A DNA stretch of 64,000 bases, taken from IMG/VR virus record IMGVR_UViG_3300042509_002293, positions 32,080 to 96,079 of that record; one strand, given 5' to 3'. The notes below the pieces were generated by a model. The model was not told the DNA's origin, made no database searches, and saw only the letters and a list, made by a program, of their open reading frames with translations. The translations under genes and the position numbers were made by a program. This DNA comes from a virus. How positions within the stretch are numbered: the stretch's first letter is position 1; every line of letters begins with the position of its first letter. Below are positions 1 to 9,900 of the stretch, piece by piece.

Positions 1-2
1 TC

Positions 3-191
3 GACATGGTCCGGGCGAAGCTGGTGGCGAAGTGTCTGTGTGACTCGGATGGCAACCGCCTCTTCACTGAGCAGGAGATTCCTGCACTGAGCGACAAGAG
101 CGCGGCCGTCCTCGACCGTCTCTTCGCGAAGTGCATGAAGCTCAACCGGTTCACCAAGGACGACGTGGAGGAACTCGCGGGAAACTCCTGA
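3..191 (+). CDS. Tail assembly chaperone, gpG-like (5' partial)
   Basis: Open from the window edge, ends ...EELAGNS*, lies upstream of tape measure, carries slippery G-GGA-AAC just before its stop. Confidence 0.8.
   Translation, partial: DMVRAKLVAKCLCDSDGNRLFTEQEIPALSDKSAAVLDRLFAKCMKLNRFTKDDVEELAGNS
179..185 (+). other. Programmed -1 ribosomal frameshift site GGGAAAC
   Basis: XXXYYYZ heptamer in the correct phase (G GGA AAC); the -1 frame stays open to 487. Confidence 0.85.
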
Positions 192-487
192 GCCGTCCGA
201 GGCGGCGATTTGAGTATCGACTGGCGTTGGCACTCGGGAAGACGCACAGGCAACTCCTGGAGGAGTGCGACGCTGAAGAACTAGCCGAGTGGGAGGCCTA
301 TTGGCTGATAGAGCCGTGGGGGGACGAATGGCGACAGATTGCCCGTCTCACCACGGCTCTATGCACTGCATGGGGCAGTAAGAACCTCGAAGAGGAAATG
401 ATCATGCCGAGCAGCCGCAAGCCTCCCCAGTCGAAGGATCAGATGATGAGCGAGCTTATGAAGGTCCCAGGGCTCTTTCAGAATTAG
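179..487 (+). CDS. Tail assembly chaperone frameshift extension (gpGT-like)
   Basis: -1 frame GKLLSRPRRRFEYRLALALGKT...ELAEWEAYWLIEPWG, typical of gpT-like extensions; ends 2 nt before tape measure. Confidence 0.8.
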   Translation, partial: GKLLSRPRRRFEYRLALALGKTHRQLLEECDAEELAEWEAYWLIEPWGDEWRQIARLTTALCTAWGSKNLEEEMIMPSSRKPPQSKDQMMSELMKVPGLFQN

Positions 488-489
488 CG

Positions 490-3400
490 ATGGCCACGAT
501 CGGATCACTCGTCGTCGAGTTTGGGGCAGACCTTCGCGGGCTGAGCGAGGGGATCGGCGCCGCCGTCGACTTATTCGATCAGGTCGCGGAGAGGGCCGAG
601 AGGCTCGCTGAGCAGCTTGAGTCGTTGGCCCGGCGTGACACCAGGATCAGCATTTCCGCAGACTCGTCCGAGGTCGACTCGGCCACCCAGAGCGTCGAGG
701 ACCTCGGGGAGGCTATTGAGTCTGCCTCGGACGTCGGCGGCGTGTCGGGCGGGCTGTCGGAGGTTTCCTCCGCCGCGCAGGCTGTCGCCACGTCATCTCG
801 CGACGCGACCACCTTCATCAGCAGGTTCGGCGAGGTTGCTTCGGAGGCTATCCGCCGTCCGGCCAGCGACGCCCTTCGCGGGACGGAGTCCTACATCGAG
901 ATGCGGGACTCGATATCCGGGATTGGCTCCACCGCATCCCAGTCCCTTGAGGCCGTCTCTTCGGCGACGGAGACGACGGCTTTCGCGGCTCGCGGATGCG
1001 CCGAGGCCTTCACGTCGCTCGCCTCCGGAAACTCTGCCGGCCAGTTTGCCGACGCCGCCATCGTTGCGGCCGGGAGGGTCGTGTCAGCGTACCGGGAGGT
1101 TAGTACGCTTTTCTCGGCTGTCCTGCCGCAGGCCATCGGCGAGGGCGTTACGGCATTCGGAGCCTTGACCGCAACCGTGGGCGGAGGCGGGGCCGTTCTA
1201 GCTGCGTTCCAGGGCAGTTCGGCAGCCACGGCGATTGTTATCGGGTCTCTCGCGAGGTCGTTTGTCGGCGTCGGCGTCGCCTTGGCAACCTATTCCGCAA
1301 TCATGGCGGCAGCTAGGGTCGTGCTTTCGGGGCTGAGCGACGAGGCTCGCGCGTATGCCGAGGCCGGAGTGTCGGTCGTCGCGATGATTGTGTCGGGAGC
1401 CGCTGCCGCGAGGGCCGGGGCTGCGGCATACCAGATCGTCGCCTCGGCCATGTTCCGCTCGGGGTCTGCGTCCGCCCTCCTGTCTCAGGTCCTGGGAACT
1501 GTCTCATCCGCCACGTCCAGGCTGCTCGGGCCGACGACGAGGCTGGTTTCTTCCTACGCGACGCTGACGAGCATCATCGGCGTGGCGTCCACGGCGTTCC
1601 AGGGCTTCAGCGACAGGCAGCAGAGCGTTTCGCAGACGTTCACCCAGATTGCAGGCTCGGTGGCGAGGTTCGCGGCCACGTCGGTGGCGATCGGCGCCGT
1701 GTCAGGTGGCCTGAATGCCCTCCGCGCGTACGCTGTGGCCGCCGGCGGCGCAATGACCTCGGCGGGTGCAGGCTCGGCGGCCCTCTCCGGGGCTTTCGGC
1801 GGCGCCACGGCAGCCGCCGGCGGGCTGATCGCGACGTTCCCCGCCGTGGCCGCCGCCATATCCGTGGCCGCCGTCGCATCCGGGAGGTTCGAGCAGCAGC
1901 TTGAGTCTCTTGCGTCGAAGGCCGAGTCCATCGAGCAGATGGCCGATCGCTTTGGGTCATCCAACGAAGGCGTGGAGAAACTGAGGATCGCAGCCTCGAA
2001 CGCCAACGTCTCGATGATGGCCCTGATCCGATCGCAGCAGAACTTCTACACCAACCTGAGCAAGGTCAAGTCGGGCCAGTTCGACAGCCAGAACACCCGA
2101 GAGGCCAAGCTGGCCTTCGACGAGCTTGGCATACCGGTCGAGAAGCTGAAGTCCCTCAAGCCGGAAGAGTCGTTCAGGCTCGTCGCCAAGTCTCTCTCCG
2201 AGGTCAAGAACGCGGCCGACAAGACCAGGATCGCCGTCGACCTGTTCGGCGCTCGTGGAGCGTTCGCCCTGCCGGCCTTGAAGGAGATCGGAGAGCTTGA
2301 GGAGGACTTTGGGCGACTCGGCGGCGCCATCCGGGCCGTCGACTTCGGGAACATTATGAGCATGGAGGCCTCGTTCGACCGGCTCAAGGTCGCGTCGGAC
2401 GCCCTCAGCCGAACCATGCTCGTTCCGTTCGTCTCACTCCAGAGGGCCTTCAATAACTTCGCCGCAGACCTCAAGGGTGGGCTCGCCTCGGCCCTTGCCC
2501 CCCTGGCCACAATGCTCAACGCCATCGCGGAGCCGCTTGCCGTGATCATTGAGGCCTTCGGCCGGATGATCAACGTGACGCTCAGGCTGATCGGCATCTT
2601 CACGGGTATCGCGGCGTTCTTCCAGATATTCGCCAGCGTGGCCATGATTTTCCAGGGCATCGGCGAGGGCTTCCGCGCTGCGATGAAGCCCCTGGAAGGC
2701 CTGATCGATATGTTCTCCTCTGCCGGCAACGAGGCCGGCATCTTCAGCGGCGTGATCAGTGTCGTCGAGACGGTCCTCAACGGGATCGGCGTGGCGATCG
2801 GCTATGTGATCGGCATCCTCGCGAACGCGGCCATCGTGATCGTAGCCGGCGCTGCGGCGTGGGCGATCTACTCGGCGGCGATGGCGTTGGCCTCTGCCAC
2901 GTCCATCACGGCAGCCTTTTCTTTCGCGGCCGCCTGGGCTGCGGCTCTCGGTCCGTTCCTTCCCGTCATCGGGCTGATCGCCGGAGGAATCGCCCTCATC
3001 GGCGGTGCGGTGATGCTTCTTGCCGTTGGCATCAAGGCCGCATTCGGGTACTTGGTCGGCCTCGGGCAGGCTTTTGGTCTCGTCAGCAAGCAGCGGGATC
3101 CGATTGACGCCTCCGCAGCCTCGACCAAGGACCTCGCCGCCGCAGCCCGAGAAGCCCAGGACGCCGCCTCGTGGTTCAGCGACGGCGAGAACGAGAGCGT
3201 GATCGCCGAGTCGGTCAGCGAAGCCAGGGACGCCTTCAACGGTCTCGTCACCGAGTCGATTAAGTACGGCAAGGCGGGCTCGGACTCTATTGCGTCCGTT
3301 CAGAAGCGGTACGCCGACCTTGAGCAGTCTCTCGCGGACGGCAAGATCAGCACCGAAGAGTTCACCAGCAAGACCGAGGGCCTGTTCGAGTCTGCCGAGA

Positions 3401-5703
3401 AGGGCATGAAGGACTACGAGCAGAGCGCAGCGGTCACGCTCCAGAAGAACCTGGAACTGTACAAGCAGCTTGACGACTCGGTGCGTCAGGTCGAGAAGTC
3501 GGTCCGGGACCTCAACTCTGGCACGGTCGTCGACGGGAAGCTGTTTCCGGCTTCCGAAGAGGTGAAAAAGCGGGCGGCAGAGTACAAGGCGGAGTACACG
3601 GCCGCCATCGATGGGATTAAGAAGAAGCAGCAGTCCGGCGGCTTCCAGGACGAACTCAACGAGCGGCGGAGTCAACTCACGGCCGACCTGGAGTCCGGCA
3701 AGATCAATGCCGAGCAGTACGCCACCATGAAGGTGGAGCTTGACTCCACGAACGCGCAGGAGCAGGCCAAGTTTGCCGCCGAGGACGTTCAGCGGGAGTT
3801 TGACCGCAAGACCGCAAAGCTCAAGGCGGACATCTCGTTCGCTGACGACATTCGGAAGAAGCTCGACGAGGCCTTCCTGTCTCCGGTCGAGAAGTTCCAG
3901 AAGGAACTCCAGAAGGTACTCGACAACCCGCAGCTAACAGACGCCGAGAAGGGTTCCGCAGAGAAGATGCTCCGCCGGGATGCCAAGGAGGATCTCTTCG
4001 GCAAGACGGCCCAGCAGAACCTCACGGACCGGACTCGCGACATCATGCAGGCCAACAGGGCCGGCATTCTCGGTTCGCCGATGGCCGAGGCCGGTGGCGA
4101 CGGGACGGTGCCTCCGGAGGTGGCTGCCGAACTGAAGTCCGCCGCCGAGGAATTCGCCTCTGCGGTTGGGGTCACCAGGACTCCTTTCGAGGAATTCTCG
4201 TCTCGGCTCGACGGGGTCGCGAAGCAGTTCGGATTCGCCGGGCAGCCACTCGACGAGGTCCGCAAGAAGCTGGCCGGCAACGCCGAGCAACTCGCCCTCT
4301 TCGATCGTGCCGTCCAAGAGGCTCGCGACAGCCTTCTTCAGTCCTTGGGCATCGAGAAGACGCCCGAGGAGGCCTTCAACGAGCAGATGAAGAAGATCGA
4401 CGAGGCCGTCAACGCGACGGACCCGAACAAGAGGATCACCGCCGAGCAGGCCGAGCAGGCCAGGACCGTCGCCCGCCGCAGACGGGACGCGGAACTGGGA
4501 GCCGGCGAGGACCTCGGCGGTCAGTTCGCCGAGCGTCAGCGGAAGATCGAGGAGTCGTTCGGTGGCGGCAAGGACCCGGCCCGGCAGGGCGTCGCCATGA
4601 ACAAGCTGGCGATGGACCGCCGGCAGGCGGCCGGCCTGGACGCGACGGCTGGGCAGACGCTCAAGGCCGGCGTCGACAAGATCAACGACGCGTTCGGCGT
4701 TACCGGAAAGTCGATGGCCGAGATCCAGGCCACCCTCTCTCCGGCTGATTTTGCCGAGTACCAGGAGGCCGTCAAGGCAAACGCCGACAAGGTGAAGCAA
4801 AGTCTCGGCATCGAGAAGACCGGAGCCGAGCAGCTTGCCGAGACTCGGAAGAAGTACCAGAAGGCCGTCGCGGACAAGGTCATCACGGAGGAGGAGGCCG
4901 GCAAGGCCCTGAAGCGGCAGAGGGACAGCCTCCTGTCTTCGCTCGGGATCTCGAAGACACCGGCCCAGGACTTCGAGGACGCCGTCGAGCGAATCAAGGA
5001 AAACGCTGCCGAGCTTTCTCCGGACGAACTGGCGAAGGGAATGAAGGAGGCGAAGGACAAGCTCTTGTCGAGCCTGGGCATCGACAAGTCTCCGGTCCAG
5101 GCTGCTTCCGAGCAGATGGAAAAGCTGACGGAAGCCTTCGAGAAGGGCCAGATCAGCACAGAAGAGTTCGCGGACGGCATGCAGAAGACTCGCGACACCA
5201 TGCTTCAGTCTCTCGGGATCCCGCTCGACCCGGTGACGCAACTCGCTGAGAAGATGAAGAATCTCCGGGAGGCTATGGACGCCGACCAGATTACGCCCGA
5301 GGAGTTCGCCCGTGGCGAGGAGGAGGCCAAGAGGGCCCTCCTGCCCGGTGGCGAAGAGGAGAGCCCGATCAAGAAGTTCCAGCGGGACCTGGAGACTCTG
5401 GAACGAGCCAACCAGGACAAGCTCATCTCGGACGACGACTTTGCGCAGCGGAAGCTCAACCTCCAGGCGGAGCTTGAGGAGTCCCTCGCCCCGGCCCTGG
5501 ACAAACTGGCCCCAGACCGCCGTGGCGTCGACGGCTCTGACGCCCGCAGCAAGGCCGGCGTCGACACGTTCTTCCGGATTCTTCGCGGCAACGACAACCC
5601 GTCGCTCAAGGCCCAGCTTGAGATCGCCAAGAACACCCGCCTCCTCGCCGAGGCCTCGCGGGAGCCCGAGGCGGCTCCGTTCATCGCCCAGCTTCCTCGA
5701 TAG
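490..5703 (+). CDS. Tape measure protein
   Basis: 1737 aa, N-terminal MATIGSLVVEFGAD, Ala/Gly-rich, hydrophobic middle, helical repeats (LLSSLGI.KT/SP), follows the chaperone. Confidence 0.93.
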   Translation: MATIGSLVVEFGADLRGLSEGIGAAVDLFDQVAERAERLAEQLESLARRDTRISISADSSEVDSATQSVEDLGEAIESASDVGGVSGGLSEVSSAAQAVATSSRDATTFISRFGEVASEAIRRPASDALRGTESYIEMRDSISGIGSTASQSLEAVSSATETTAFAARGCAEAFTSLASGNSAGQFADAAIVAAGRVVSAYREVSTLFSAVLPQAIGEGVTAFGALTATVGGGGAVLAAFQGSSAATAIVIGSLARSFVGVGVALATYSAIMAAARVVLSGLSDEARAYAEAGVSVVAMIVSGAAAARAGAAAYQIVASAMFRSGSASALLSQVLGTVSSATSRLLGPTTRLVSSYATLTSIIGVASTAFQGFSDRQQSVSQTFTQIAGSVARFAATSVAIGAVSGGLNALRAYAVAAGGAMTSAGAGSAALSGAFGGATAAAGGLIATFPAVAAAISVAAVASGRFEQQLESLASKAESIEQMADRFGSSNEGVEKLRIAASNANVSMMALIRSQQNFYTNLSKVKSGQFDSQNTREAKLAFDELGIPVEKLKSLKPEESFRLVAKSLSEVKNAADKTRIAVDLFGARGAFALPALKEIGELEEDFGRLGGAIRAVDFGNIMSMEASFDRLKVASDALSRTMLVPFVSLQRAFNNFAADLKGGLASALAPLATMLNAIAEPLAVIIEAFGRMINVTLRLIGIFTGIAAFFQIFASVAMIFQGIGEGFRAAMKPLEGLIDMFSSAGNEAGIFSGVISVVETVLNGIGVAIGYVIGILANAAIVIVAGAAAWAIYSAAMALASATSITAAFSFAAAWAAALGPFLPVIGLIAGGIALIGGAVMLLAVGIKAAFGYLVGLGQAFGLVSKQRDPIDASAASTKDLAAAAREAQDAASWFSDGENESVIAESVSEARDAFNGLVTESIKYGKAGSDSIASVQKRYADLEQSLADGKISTEEFTSKTEGLFESAEKGMKDYEQSAAVTLQKNLELYKQLDDSVRQVEKSVRDLNSGTVVDGKLFPASEEVKKRAAEYKAEYTAAIDGIKKKQQSGGFQDELNERRSQLTADLESGKINAEQYATMKVELDSTNAQEQAKFAAEDVQREFDRKTAKLKADISFADDIRKKLDEAFLSPVEKFQKELQKVLDNPQLTDAEKGSAEKMLRRDAKEDLFGKTAQQNLTDRTRDIMQANRAGILGSPMAEAGGDGTVPPEVAAELKSAAEEFASAVGVTRTPFEEFSSRLDGVAKQFGFAGQPLDEVRKKLAGNAEQLALFDRAVQEARDSLLQSLGIEKTPEEAFNEQMKKIDEAVNATDPNKRITAEQAEQARTVARRRRDAELGAGEDLGGQFAERQRKIEESFGGGKDPARQGVAMNKLAMDRRQAAGLDATAGQTLKAGVDKINDAFGVTGKSMAEIQATLSPADFAEYQEAVKANADKVKQSLGIEKTGAEQLAETRKKYQKAVADKVITEEEAGKALKRQRDSLLSSLGISKTPAQDFEDAVERIKENAAELSPDELAKGMKEAKDKLLSSLGIDKSPVQAASEQMEKLTEAFEKGQISTEEFADGMQKTRDTMLQSLGIPLDPVTQLAEKMKNLREAMDADQITPEEFARGEEEAKRALLPGGEEESPIKKFQRDLETLERANQDKLISDDDFAQRKLNLQAELEESLAPALDKLAPDRRGVDGSDARSKAGVDTFFRILRGNDNPSLKAQLEIAKNTRLLAEASREPEAAPFIAQLPR

Positions 5704-5718
5704 TACGGATACTCATAC

Positions 5719-6621
5719 ATGGCTGTCGTTCGATGCCGAGAGATGTACCGTGGCCGCCAGAGGTCCAACAGCTACGGAGACGTGCCGACGTACACCAGGA
5801 TCTGGATGGTCACGGTCGACGACGCGAACACACCTTTCCAGGAGATATCCGAGGCGCCCAAAATTGCGTGGCTGGCCGCGCACCCCGAGGACTCTAGCGC
5901 GTTCCTTTTTGACTCCCAGGTCCAGCAGGATGGCGACAGCCCGTTCCACTACCGGGTGACGTTCTCGTACAAAGGCCTGACCGACAAGGATCCTACGCCG
6001 ACAGACAGGCCACCACAGTTCTCGTTCTCGGGCTCCCTGGCGTCGGCGCCATGCTTCTGGCACTACCCGTTCGCCAACAACAACACGGACAAGAGGGTGA
6101 TCCTCAACTCCGCAGGGGACCCCATCGGAGGCCTCGACCGGGACGAGGGCGAGTTCACGGTGACGATCACCTACAACGAGATCGCTCCGTTCAATTACGC
6201 CAAGGCGCAGCAGTACGTCGGCGCCATCAACAGCGACACCTGGAGTGGCGGGGATCCGAAATGCTGGAAGTGCATGTCGATCAGCGCCAACAGGAAAATT
6301 GAGCGAGCGCCCGACGAAGCTCCGCCTCTAATACCGGGCGAGCCACGAGTCTGGAAGACATACATCTACTACGAATTGAGCGAGGTGCTCGCGTATCGGG
6401 CGACGGGCTGGGACCTCCAGACGTGGGACGTGGGCTTCAATCAGATAGTCGGCGGTCAGCGGATGAAGATCATGGCAGGAGGCGACCCGGTGAGTGAGCC
6501 GGTCGCACTGAGCGGGGGGGCGGCGAAGGCTCCCGGCCAGCCGCCGGACCTGCTCTCGTTCCGCATCTACAAGATGCTTCCGTTCAGCGGGACGTTCCCT
6601 GTGATCCCAGACACGGTGTAA
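5719..6621 (+). CDS. Putative tail/distal tail protein
   Basis: 300 aa directly after tape measure; position-based. Confidence 0.6.
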   Translation: MAVVRCREMYRGRQRSNSYGDVPTYTRIWMVTVDDANTPFQEISEAPKIAWLAAHPEDSSAFLFDSQVQQDGDSPFHYRVTFSYKGLTDKDPTPTDRPPQFSFSGSLASAPCFWHYPFANNNTDKRVILNSAGDPIGGLDRDEGEFTVTITYNEIAPFNYAKAQQYVGAINSDTWSGGDPKCWKCMSISANRKIERAPDEAPPLIPGEPRVWKTYIYYELSEVLAYRATGWDLQTWDVGFNQIVGGQRMKIMAGGDPVSEPVALSGGAAKAPGQPPDLLSFRIYKMLPFSGTFPVIPDTV

Positions 6622-6625
6622 CGGC

Positions 6626-6994
6626 ATGGCATACGGACCATCACCCAGCTATCGCGCAGACTCCGGCTCGGCGTCCAGGCCTGTTCAGTTCACGCTCCAG
6701 GATGCGGAGCGAATCGGAAGAGTGGTGTCCGCCTACGAGCGAAGTCGTCGGGGCAGGAATCCCAGCACGCTGCCGAGGGCGGCTGGCGGCGGCGCGGCAA
6801 TCCGGGAGGCGACGTTCGTGGGGTCGTGGGCGTTGGGGTCTCAGAAAGTCGTCGACCTAGCCGGCGGCGGGGGCACTGCGGTCGCGGTCAACAAGCTGTT
6901 CAACATCATCGGCGTTGGCTCCTTCGGCTGGAGGACCTGCTACATCTCTCGGTCCGGCGACGGGCCGTATGTTCTCGTCAACTCGGAGTGCTGA
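6626..6994 (+). CDS. Small tail-region protein
   Basis: 122 aa ORF tightly packed in the tail operon. Confidence 0.55.
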   Translation: MAYGPSPSYRADSGSASRPVQFTLQDAERIGRVVSAYERSRRGRNPSTLPRAAGGGAAIREATFVGSWALGSQKVVDLAGGGGTAVAVNKLFNIIGVGSFGWRTCYISRSGDGPYVLVNSEC

Positions 6995-6996
6995 CG

Positions 6997-9900
6997 GTGG
7001 GCTCCCCTGATCGAGGCTGTCACTCGCCGCGAGCCTACACCTGGGGGGAGGGGGCATCGGCGTCGTCCACCTACGGAAGGTACAGGGGCTCGTGGCCGTA
7101 CCGCCAGGGGTCATACTTGCCTGGATTCTTCGGGGACTTCCGAGACCCGCCGATTGCGGGCGATTGCCAGATCCCTCCGTCCATGCAGGGAGACTGGATT
7201 GATTTCTCGTCAACGGGCTGGACGTCGTATGCCATCGACTCTTCTGGCCAGTTGTGGGCGTGGGGAGACGGTCCGCTCGGGGACGGAACGCTCTACGGCT
7301 CCATGCACCCAATCAGGATCCCCGGGGGTCCCTGGAAAAGTGTGTCGACGTGCGGGCCCCACACCGTGGCCGTCACCACAGACGGCGACGTCTATACATG
7401 GGGCGGAAACTCTTACGGTGAGCTTGGCAACGGGACGGCGAGGGCACCTGAATCGTGGTCGCCTCGGCTGATGCTTAACTCGTCGATCGAGTACGTCAGG
7501 ACAGGTCCCGGGACCGAATTCAACCCTTCATTTAATCTGAATTCCCCGCAGATTGTGAAGGCTAATCAAGACGACCCCGGCGGCGGTGCCATCCTCCGGG
7601 TCAACCGCGAATTTTTCATAGAGCGGTTTACCAACATATCGGCCTCCGGAATCTCTTTTGGGGAATTATTTAGCCTGCCCGTCCTGAGCGTTGAAGGCTC
7701 CCCTGTTATTGAGCCCGCCGAGCTTGCGCCCAACGTCTCCCTGAGGGTGCTGCGGGTGGAGGTCGTGTCTGGCGGACAAGGCTACGAAAACGGCGCGGCC
7801 GTGGTTTTCTCTCCGAACGCCGCCGGCATTGCCGCAACCGGCCGAGTCGTTGTCTATGGGGGGGCCGTGCTTTATGTCCTGGTCGACTACAGGGAAGAGC
7901 CGGTCCTCTACGACAAGATGCCGACGGCGACGATCGTGGGGTCAGGAGGCGGCGCCGTTGTGCAGGTGGTGGCAACCGGAAGAATGACCGGGATCGATCT
8001 TCGATCGAAAGGCCGATATCAGGCATCAGGCCTGTCTGTCGCCTGGAAGCTCCTCGGCCGCGACCACTCCACCGTGGTGTCGCAGGGCGACACGTCTGGG
8101 GCTTTCCTTCCGTTCGTCGTCGCTCGCATCACCGGCATCGACGTCATCGACGGCGGCAGCGGGTACACATGCCCATCAGGCCTTCCGCTGAAGGTGCATT
8201 GCAGCGGCGTCGAGGTTGGCGAGTGCGTTCTCTCGCCGTCGGGCGTGGCGTCGGTGACTCCGTCGACGGTCCAGGCGGCCGACCGGTCGCTCGGCGAGTT
8301 GTCGCCGTTCTCGGTAGGAATCTATCAGTCGGGTGCTTCATTGACTTACAAGTACCCGCCCAAAGGCGCCGAGCTTCGCTTCACCGGCAGCGGGCTGGCG
8401 GTGCCGCTTGAAATCTCCTTGTCGTCAGCGCCTTTTGCCACGTCGCTCGACGCGGAAGCCGTTAATTATCCTGACGAGAAGTCGAAGGCCAGCGTGAACA
8501 AAGTTTTCGTTGTCCACAGCAAGGGAAGTTTTTCTATTGACGTCGCTGGGCGGAACGTCCGTGAAGAAAGCAAGGTTGAAATCTGGGTTCCCTACGAGGG
8601 AGAGCCGAATCCAGAAGTCCCGAAGGCCTACCTCACGTTCCAGGATGGATACCCAGAAATCGAACTGGTCGTCTGGTTTGACTATCCGCAGTGGTCGGCT
8701 CGCTTGACGGAGTCGATCTACGGAGTGACGAGCAGGCCTTACGTTGTGGTGAGACAATCCGAGGAGCAGTACGGCCCCGGGACGAGGCCATCCACAGTCC
8801 TGCCGCTGCCGGTGGCTGCGGTTGATCCTACGGGATTCCCCTCTGCGATACCTCACGCCCCCTACAACCGACCCTTGAATCCATCCCGGGGCGGGCTCCT
8901 GCTGTGGGGCCAGAGGGCTTACGACCAGCGACCTCTCACTGGGGGGCAGTGTTTCTGGCTGGGTCCTGGCATTACGGTGAGCGACTACGCTACGTCCGAA
9001 GGGGACCGGTGTTACGAGGTCGTCGACAACGTGTACGGCGGAGACGTCCTCGGGCTCGTGAGGGGCGTGCCGGCGACACTCACCGGCGCTGAAGCTCGAA
9101 CCCACCACCAGACGAGCAGGTTACTGACTGGCTACGGCGTCACTGTCTACACATATCTTGGCGGGCAACGCTACTCATGGCCAGACTTCCAGACTCAGAG
9201 CGTTTATCCGGAGAGGCGGTCCGTAATAAGCAACTTAGGTGAGTCCTGGGAGGGACCGCCGACGCTGCCCCCGCAGGTCACCGCCGTATACGACGATGCC
9301 GGAACATACGGCGATCGGGTCTCAATCGCCTGCTCGGTCGGCACTCAAGGAAGGTCCGTAGGCCTATCCTTCTCGATATCCGACCCCGGCTCAGGATACA
9401 GGGAGGAGCCGAGCGTTGTGTTCACGACCCTGGCCCTGTCGCCCACCAGGATTTCCTCGATCTCCGGCGTCGACAAGGCCGTGGCCGTTTACGGTCGGAC
9501 AACTCTCCTCAAGGACGGCGTCCTGTACTGGTGCGGCGCCGAGCACATCGGCTACAGCAATGGCACAGTCGCGTCGCTCATCTCGACGACCCCCACACGC
9601 CAGGGGTACTCGCTGCGGGTCTATTCCAATGGCTTGCTCGGAGGCATGCCCTGGAACCTGATCGATTACTGGGCTCCCAACCCCCCGGACGAAACGTACA
9701 TCCTGAACATGCTGACGCAGGCGTTCCTGCCCCAGGCCAGGACGTCGGGGTGTGACGCCACTCCCCGGCAGGGGGACGGCCACAGCGATTCGTATGTCTC
9801 TCCGGGGCCCGTCGACGTCGGGCCGCCGTCGCCGCTGACTGGGGTTCCGATCTTTTGGCCGCCTGAGGGGTATGTGCCTCCTCCGCCGCCGACGGGGTGG

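Noticed and set aside
579-5768. Long antisense and alternate-frame ORFs over tape measure (and similar ones elsewhere, e.g. 19433-20887, 30304-31896, 54955-56478)
   Set aside because: Shadow ORFs expected from high GC3 codon bias opposite real genes; no motifs
6826-6996. ORF-track start of the giant tail protein at 6826
   Set aside because: Overlaps the upstream gene by ~170 nt with non-protein-like sequence; GTG 6997 with GGAG is more plausible
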